DNA of 59,482 nucleotides, counting the filler, from Dugesia japonica (taxonomy: Eukaryota), in NCBI GenBank assembly GCA_001938525.1. It is 6 parts of 6 records of this genome, joined end to end, with 100 filler letters (N's around TTAATTAATTAA, not from the genome) between each part and the next. Parts side by side here need not be neighbours in the genome. Positions count along the whole stretch, not along the records: positions 47,537 to 59,482 come from MQRL01501113.1; 5 more parts are not named here. One strand, 5' to 3'. How positions within the stretch are numbered: position 1 is the first letter of the stretch; each line of letters begins with the position of its first letter. The notes below the pieces were generated by a model. The model was not told the DNA's origin. It saw nothing but the letters and a program-made list of their open reading frames with translations, and ran no database searches. Below, piece by piece: positions 52,050 through 59,482 of the stretch. A program made the position numbers and the translations under genes.

Positions 52050-54650
52050 ATGTGCCTTACAAAGGCTTTGGTAACATATCTTCTCATATTAATATACCAA
52101 TCATTAAAATCGGTTGTGTCGGTAATCAAAACATCCCTGAGTTTTTGTCTTAATTCATTTTTATTTTTCGGAAATGAATGGGTTGAAGGTAAAACAGTTT
52201 TTAGTTGGTTAAAGTGTTCTTCACTAGGATTCAAATGGGGACGAATATGGTGGAAGTAATCGTAAACTTATTTAATTTTTTCGTAAAGTATCCATGATAT
52301 CTCTTAAAAAATAAAAGCTATAGTTATCTATAATCAAAATATCATTGAGATTATTGTTAAAAAGTAATACTAATTTATCATTGATAAATATAATAAAACT
52401 GGTACTATTAAAAAAGACTGGCTGAATTTCAGACGATTTTACTCCTCCTTTATTGCTACCATAGTTAGACCTGATCATCGTAAAAAAAGCTTTATTTATC
52501 ACGAGTAAAAGTCAAATTAGGCAGAAACGAGTCCACAACCTCAACTTTCTTAGAAAGACTGTACAATGTCTGATAGTAAGTAAAACTAATCTCTTTGTAA
52601 AAGCCTGGTAGACCTTTGATTTGGAATCATTGTTGAAGATCAGCCAAGCTAATTAAACGTAAAGATATAAGATCATCGTTTCTGTAAAAGTGATTTTTAG
52701 CTTATGAGCTTCTCTGATGCTTTTGATAGCTAGTCTGACTCTAGTTCTCCAGGAGGTGACAAAATTAGCATTCTTTAATATCAAAATAGTGTCATTAACC
52801 CAATCCAGGCATTTGTCTAAGGAGAAGTTGACATCTTTCTGGAAGCGATGTTTTCGAGTGAGTTCCATTCCACAAGTGGCAAATTTCCTGAAGACGTGAT
52901 TATCCGAATTGAGTTACCATCAACAGGTTTATGATATAGATTGTTGAGCTTCATATGTAAGATAATTCAGTTCCTCATTGAGTAGTTAAGCCTTGAATGA
53001 ATGAACATATTATTTATGCCTGGATTTTTTGAGTTGGATGGAGGTCAGCTTCAACAATTTTGGTGTAATCCTCAATAAATTTTGTAAGAATTTTCTCTTG
53101 GTTGTATTTTTATTTTCGCCAAAAGACTGCACTCATATTCGGATCAATAAACAGCTATTCCTTATTCAAAATGAACTCTTTGAGATAACCCTCTATGACA
53201 CGATTGCATAGTCATATTTCCCTGGCATCCGACTAGATAAGTTGGAGAACTTTAGTCATTTAAGAGAGAATTGGCAATTTACTGCTAGAATCCTTGTGTT
53301 GAATTAAATTTTAGATGTTGGTGCTAAGACCACATTCACAGAGAATGATATTATCAGTATACTTAAGATCTTCCTTCAAATGGATGTTGATATATTCTAT
53401 GATCTTGGTGTTTACAATATTGTTGAATAAAGTACCACAGATTTTCTCATTTTTAGTAGAGTATTTGCATTTGGCAATACCGGAAGAGCAGTCAACATTA
53501 AAGTGATGAGGATAATCTTTTTCTGATCCAAGGAGAGTCTTTCTTTTCTCGTTTCTAGCTTGCATCTTAGAAGGAAAAGAGCTGTCGAAGGCTTCATCAT
53601 GAATGTTTAGATATGAGTACCAGAACTTTCTTTTGTATTTAATAGTTGTAGGACAGATGTCACACTAAACAATAAATTTTTCATTTAATTTAATTTTGAA
53701 GACTATTTAATAGTGGTCGTAGAGATATTTGCTGTCAATGACAAAAATTCTTTTCTTTTTTCCGCCGCATTGAGCTTGATGGGTGCACTTTAATAGTTTT
53801 TCTATGTTTTATTGGTGTTTTATTAATCATTTCCTGAAGTAAAACCTTTGAAAAAGCAACCAACGCAAGATCATCCGCATAATCTAAGATAGAGATGGAA
53901 TGACCAGCACAATTAACTCTACTTCTCTGAGTCTTTGATATTTCCTTAATGACTGAGTCAAAGCCATTGTAATAATTACCATTGACAATGGGCAACCCTA
54001 TTGGACCCCTGTTTTGTTTGCAATAAGATTTGTAGGAGTCCCATTACAAATATAGTAGCTTGAAATATCAGTATACAAGCTCCTAATCAAACAAGAGGCC
54101 GATTTTTGACACCCCCATACGATCAAGTAAATCAAGGATATGTTCGATGGTGATGCTGCTAAAAGCGTCAGCAATATCTCAAAATCCAACATGTACGTTA
54201 ACACTTTCATATCGACTTTGTTCTTCAAGGAGACAGCGAAGCAAAAAATTGTGCTCAGAGTACCACTCAAATTCTCCAGCACTCTTTTGAAGTTTGTGAA
54301 CCAGGTGAGATTTCTTAGCTCAATTCGAAAGTTAAGAAGCAAGACAAGCCATGAACAGCTTGTTACAACAATCCAGCAAAGCAATTGGTCACCAAGAAGA
54401 GACAATGTGATAAGACCCAGATTTCTCAGGCTTTGAAATCATAATGATTTTATAAACTCACCAACTCTCAGGAGTGATTCCACTTGAAAGTATGTTGGAA
54501 AACATTTTGTGTACCAATAGACAATTTGGATCTGCCGATTTGAGATTCTGGTAAGTAAGGTTGTCTATCAAATCCAAAGATAATACCGGATCCACAAAAA
54601 GATGATTATTATTAGAAATCAGACCACTAGCAAAGTCAACAAGTTTTTTG
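52050..54650 (-). mobile_element. Decayed non-LTR retrotransposon, RT followed by a probable restriction-like endonuclease region (R2/NeSL-like)
   Basis: LDF, TGVQ*GCP, SILDYADDLALVA. The long downstream region has only degenerate Cys/His and PD-like motifs, so the clade is tentative. Confidence 0.7.
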
Positions 54651-54659
54651 CATACCAGT

Positions 54660-55337
54660 GATAATAAAATTAAGACTTAATGAAGAAACCGGTTAGCTTT
54701 TTCAACATAAATTCTAATGCAATGTCTGCCATTATTAAATTAAAATGACTTCTACAAATCGCATCAACAGTTAATTTAATTGCTATTAACACATACTAAA
54801 TTTGAAACAATTTTATACTCATATTCTTCCCTTATTAACCAATCGTAAATCTTGAAGTCAACCAGTGCCTTTTTATACAAATTTTTAACAAATGAAATAA
54901 TTCCAGCATACACAGTAAGTTACCCCGTCATGTTTTGCAATCTTTTTTCAAATGAATGATCTTCCGAAAATCAAGTTTGTAAATAATTGTCGTTTTTTGT
55001 CGATCCTTTAAACATATGAATTATTTTGCTTACTTTTTTATGACAGGTCCAATCATTTCACAGGTGACTTTTACTTCAGGTGTTTCCTGATTTAAATTAT
55101 TATCAACTGTAAAGTAGTATTCTTTATCTTTACAAACACTGTCACTGTTGCGGGATCCAGAATTATTTTCTTTTTCATCGTCATTTAAGAATTCTTTATT
55201 TTTAATGTCGTTGCTTTCATTTTCAAACTGACAACAAATATATTTTACACACTAATGAATAAACGATTTTTGGTAGTCCCGTAATTTCGAGGTGAGAAAA
55301 TTATACGGGATCTCAGGATCCCTGGATTGCAAACCCT
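54660..55337 (-). mobile_element. hAT (hATm-like) transposon remnant with 5' terminus
   Basis: Terminus AGGGTTTGCAATCC.GGGATCC; VIKKVSKIIHMFKGSTKN, DCKT*RGNLLCMLE (degenerate TRWNS motif), LTVDAICR...NLIMAD...FMLKKL. Confidence 0.65.
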
Positions 55338-56959
55338 CGGAGTGTAGTTGTGTTTCAGTCTAATAATAATTAATGAGTTTATTATTTTTCTGGTTATGTC
55401 TATCTTTTTAATAATAACGTTTGAAAAATGCAATCTGTTCTCTTTTAGTGATTGTTAAGAAAGTCCTCCAAAGACAATTTATTTTCAATATCAAAACTAT
55501 CAATTTCAGACACCTTTGTTAAATAAAATACCGAGATAGCTTAATACAATAAAACAGTGTATATCGATTTTGTATAAACAGTTATTTTACCCAATTTCTA
55601 TTAATTATTATATTTCACAATTAATTCATTTTCATTAAAAATATATTTTAAACTATTAAAATTTTCTCAATAAATTTTACATTTATCCGAGATAATTTAT
55701 AGTGATAACCATTTCTTATAGATTTTACAAATTGAATTTTTTTATTAATTTTAATACCAGACTGGAAAATAGACAGCAACTATAATCGTTTAATTCAACT
55801 GGATATTTGATTTCATGTTTAGAGTTAAATCCCAACATTGAAATGTTGACCAATCAAATTACCTTCTTTATATTTTTGTATTTCAATATCTCAATTCAAT
55901 ACTTTTTTTTATTATTACTACGGTATTGCGATAATTTCAATATTTTTTATAAAATATAATTTTTTCTCTTAGATAATATTGGAATATTGATTCCGTTGTA
56001 TTTTAGCCACTGAGTCCTTTATTACTTAAATTTGATTGATTGCTATTTCTAACTCCTGATCTTTTCACTTCTAGTCTACTAATTTATAAAACTTTATTTT
56101 TCATGTATTTAGTCATTTTATATTTATATTTAGTTATTTTTAGATTATCTCTATTAATTTTCTAGCCACCTAATTTACATTTCGTTGCTGCCTTCTTGTT
56201 TTTTGAGAATTTCTTCTCCTTTATGTGATTTCAATACTTTTTCTCCATATCCGCCTTTGGATATATTCTTGGTTTGTTGANNNNNNNNNNNNNNNNNNNN
56301 NNNNNNNNNNNNNNNNNNNNNNNNNNNNNNNNNNNNTATATATATATATATATATCAGATTATATTTATTATCTTTATCACTTTTCCGAAACATAATTAG
56401 AAAAAAATATTTTAGATGATAAAAATTTCTTTTTAGAGTTAAAGTAAAGTTTTTAAGGAAAGAATTATTTGAAAAATTAAAAAAAATAGTTTAAAATGGT
56501 ATAAAAATTTGATTATTGATTTTACAAAGAAATAAAGTTTTCTAAAAGCATTTTTAATAATACACTATCTACACCCTCGACCATCGAAACCAGAAATAGT
56601 TAACAATGTGGCAGTTAAAAAATGGTTCAAAATAACAAAAAAGTTTTAAAACCAGAATTCACCAAAAGATTGGATTAAATTGGAAAAACATTTTTTTTCA
56701 TCTTTACATAAAATAGGGTCAAATCCTTTCTCGGGATTGGTAATTTTTGGTTGATTGGGTCGAATATTTCCTCGGAATGGTCAGTTTGGATGATTTTTGA
56801 GTGATTTGGTTAATTATTTACTCAGTTTAGGTAATTTTTGTCCATTATTTACTTGGTTTAGTTATTATTGGGCAAGTTTTTCATCGACACAAATAAAACA
56901 ATTGCGTCCATTAGAATTTGAGTTCAATATAGGTTTTAACATGAATCAAACAGAGCAAA

Positions 56960-59482
56960 GTATAGACGCTGTATAACGGATAAAGAGAGAGTACAGAGAG
57001 CAATAAAAATGTTGATTAACAAGACAAACGAGAATTTGGAGAAAGTTATAATGATTCATAAAGGAATATTCATAACAGACAACTGGGATATTAGCAGAAC
57101 AATAATGATAGAACATCAAATAATCACAAAGAGATTCACAAGAGAAAACAGCATTTTCTACGAAAAATGGAAAGTTTTGTTTTACAAGAATGCCTTTTGG
57201 TATATCTGCAGCACCTGGAACGTTTCAAGAATTAATGACCAAAGTATTAGAAAAATTGAGAGACACAATGGTATAAATGGATGATATATTGATATTTTCA
57301 GAAAATCTAGAACAGCACTAACGAATTTACACCAAGTTTTAAAAGAATTCAAGAATCAAGACTGAGAATTAATCCGGCAAAATGTCATTTATTGCGAGCA
57401 GAAGTCAAAATTTTAGAACAAGAATAGAGTTCAAACTGATCAAACAAAAATTGATACGATAAAAAATGTCTTAAGACCTAAATGTGTGAAGAACTTAAGA
57501 AGCTTTGTGATAATATTCAATTACTATTGGCGGTTTATTTATAATTACTCAAAGAAAGCTAAAAGCTTAGAATAGCCAAGTGGAAGTAATGATAAAAACC
57601 TTGTGTGGTCTGAAAGTTGTGATGAAGCTTTTAATGAGATGAAAGAGACATTAACATAAGCACCGGTTGAGTTTTCCAGATATCAAAAATATGTTTGTAC
57701 TAGATACAAATGAGAGTTTTGATACCATCAGAGAGGTTCTGTTGCAAATAAATGAAAGAGGTTTAGAACAAATCATTGCATATTGGTCACATGGAATGTC
57801 AGCTCATGAAAAAGGATATTGTATAAAAAAAAGATTGATTAGTTATTTACTATTTTTGTAATCATTGTAAACATAATTTGTATAGAAAAAGATTTTTAGT
57901 GAGAACAGATAATAAGGCGATAGCATTTATGAAAAAGACAAACAAGTCAATTACTCCGAAATTTTAGACTTGAATCAAGTTTCTTAGTCTAGATATGGTA
58001 TTGGAATTAAGACAAGATGCAAAACATACAAATGCAGATATGCTGGCGAGAATGAAATGAATAGATCATGAGAATCCAAAGGAAGCAAAAATAAAGACAA
58101 GAACAATTAATGGTATATCAGGTTTAGAAACATATAATGACAAAGTAACGTAGAAGAAATTAAAATAAAAAATGATATAAAAAATGGAACATTTAAAATT
58201 TTTTGATTAATAGAAGATATAATAAAAACAAAAGACGGCAAAATATGGATCCCTTCAGAAAGGAAAATTCAAATGCTAAAACAAATGCATAGTTTATGGG
58301 TTCATACAGGCACGAAAAAAGTGATAAATAATTTAAAAAATGAATATGATATAGAAGATTTGAGAGAAACCTTTTCAAAAGTAATTACAAAATGTACAGT
58401 GTGCCAAATGAACAAAGTAACAACAGTTAGAAGCAAAGAGGAAACTTTAAAATTAAAGGCTAATGAACCATTTATATTGATATCTGTAGGCCATTCGCAA
58501 AAGATCTTAAAAAGAAAAGATATATGTGCCATAATAGATAAATTTAGCAGATAAATATGCTTAACATCCCTAGTTAAACAAGATGAAGAATCAATAAAGA
58601 AAAAAATTATGGATAAATGGATACTGAAAGTTGGTGCTTCAAAAAGAGATACATGTAGATTGTGGAAGACCTTTGAATCGAAAACCTTCAAAGAAATGAC
58701 AGATTCAATGAATATAACAATTTGCTTTTCAAGTCCATATCATCATAATACAAACAGAATGGTAGAACGTCAATTCCGAACTATCAGAGATTACATCAAT
58801 GCAACATTAAAAGATAAAAATAATAAAAATTGGGCAGAGTTAATAGCAGAAAATGAATGTGCACTAAATGCAACAAGCCAGAAGACTTAGGGGATAAATG
58901 AGGCAGAAAGGATATTCGATAAGAAATTATACAAAGAGAAAAATTGTTTAATAATGGCGAAAAGAATAAAATATCCGGTGAGTTGACACCAACAAAGAGA
59001 CATTTCCAAGTTGGAAACGAGATGCTAATCAAGGTAGAAAACAGATCAAAAGACAAAGAAAGATAAACAGGTCCATACAAGGTGATGAAAAAGATTCATG
59101 AAAAACTATATCTGCCGATGAGTCCAGAAAGCAAGATGATTGAATAGAATAGGGATTGAAAAACGTTTAAAAAGGAGGAATGTAAGAATCATTCATAGAT
59201 TTAAATATCTGAGAGATTTTTTAATTTTTATATATAAGTAGTGTAATATCTACTTTTGGACATATAGGGTATATGCTACCGTACCGAAAAATAAGAAAAA
59301 TGTAAATGTGAAAGATGTATGTAAAATTTAAAATGTGTCAGATGTAAAAATGTAAAAGATGTATGTAAAATGTGAAAGATGTTATATATAAAATGTGAAA
59401 GAAGTCAGGTGTAAGATGTGACTTATAAAATGTAAAATGTCACATGTAAAATGTGACATGTAAAAATGAAATGTAAAATGTA
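56960..59482 (+). mobile_element. Decayed Ty3/Gypsy pol (RT partly deleted, RH, IN), PPT and start of 3' LTR at 59181
   Basis: MPFGISAAPGTFQ, MDDIL, FVLDT, HEKGYC, HSLWVHTG...CTVCQ, SPYHHNTNRMVERQFRT, GPY; AAAAAGGAGGAA-TGTAAG. The LTR has short TGTAAAA-like repeats (59290-59482). Confidence 0.88.

Noticed and set aside
59290-59482. Telomere-like or independent satellite repeat
   Set aside because: The irregular TGTAAAA/ATGTG units start ~110 bp inside the Gypsy 3' LTR and are best read as LTR-internal repeats.

Overview
Very AT-rich animal genomic DNA with many short (41-52 nt) GT-AG introns. A flatworm-like host is my unverified guess. The window is not one contiguous locus: five identical 100-bp artificial linkers (44 N + TTAATTAATTAA + 44 N) join six separate pieces (1-9224, 9325-20397, 20498-29030, 29131-38440, 38541-47436, 47537-59482). 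Three partial host genes are present: two catalytic exons of a guanylyl cyclase (-), seven exons of an EGFR/ErbB receptor tyrosine kinase (+), and the TM4-TM7 exon of an NPY/NPF-type GPCR (+). The rest is mostly decayed mobile DNA: Ty3/Gypsy elements (one bounded by ~95-100 bp LTRs and a 5-bp TSD, one nested in another), Penelope-like elements with minimal hammerhead ribozymes, mariner, piggyBac, two hAT types, an RLE-type LINE, MITEs, and Polinton/Maverick (adintovirus-like) remnants in three pieces. The most notable object is the Polinton at 41195-47325. It has an AGTAG terminus followed by a 49-bp tandem array of TCAAGGTCA and ATTGG motifs, an unrecognised spliced accessory gene, pPolB, an adenain-like protease with a probable 48-nt intron, and a major capsid gene cut by a second Polinton-like terminus. 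All calls come from manual reading and translation; no database search was run.
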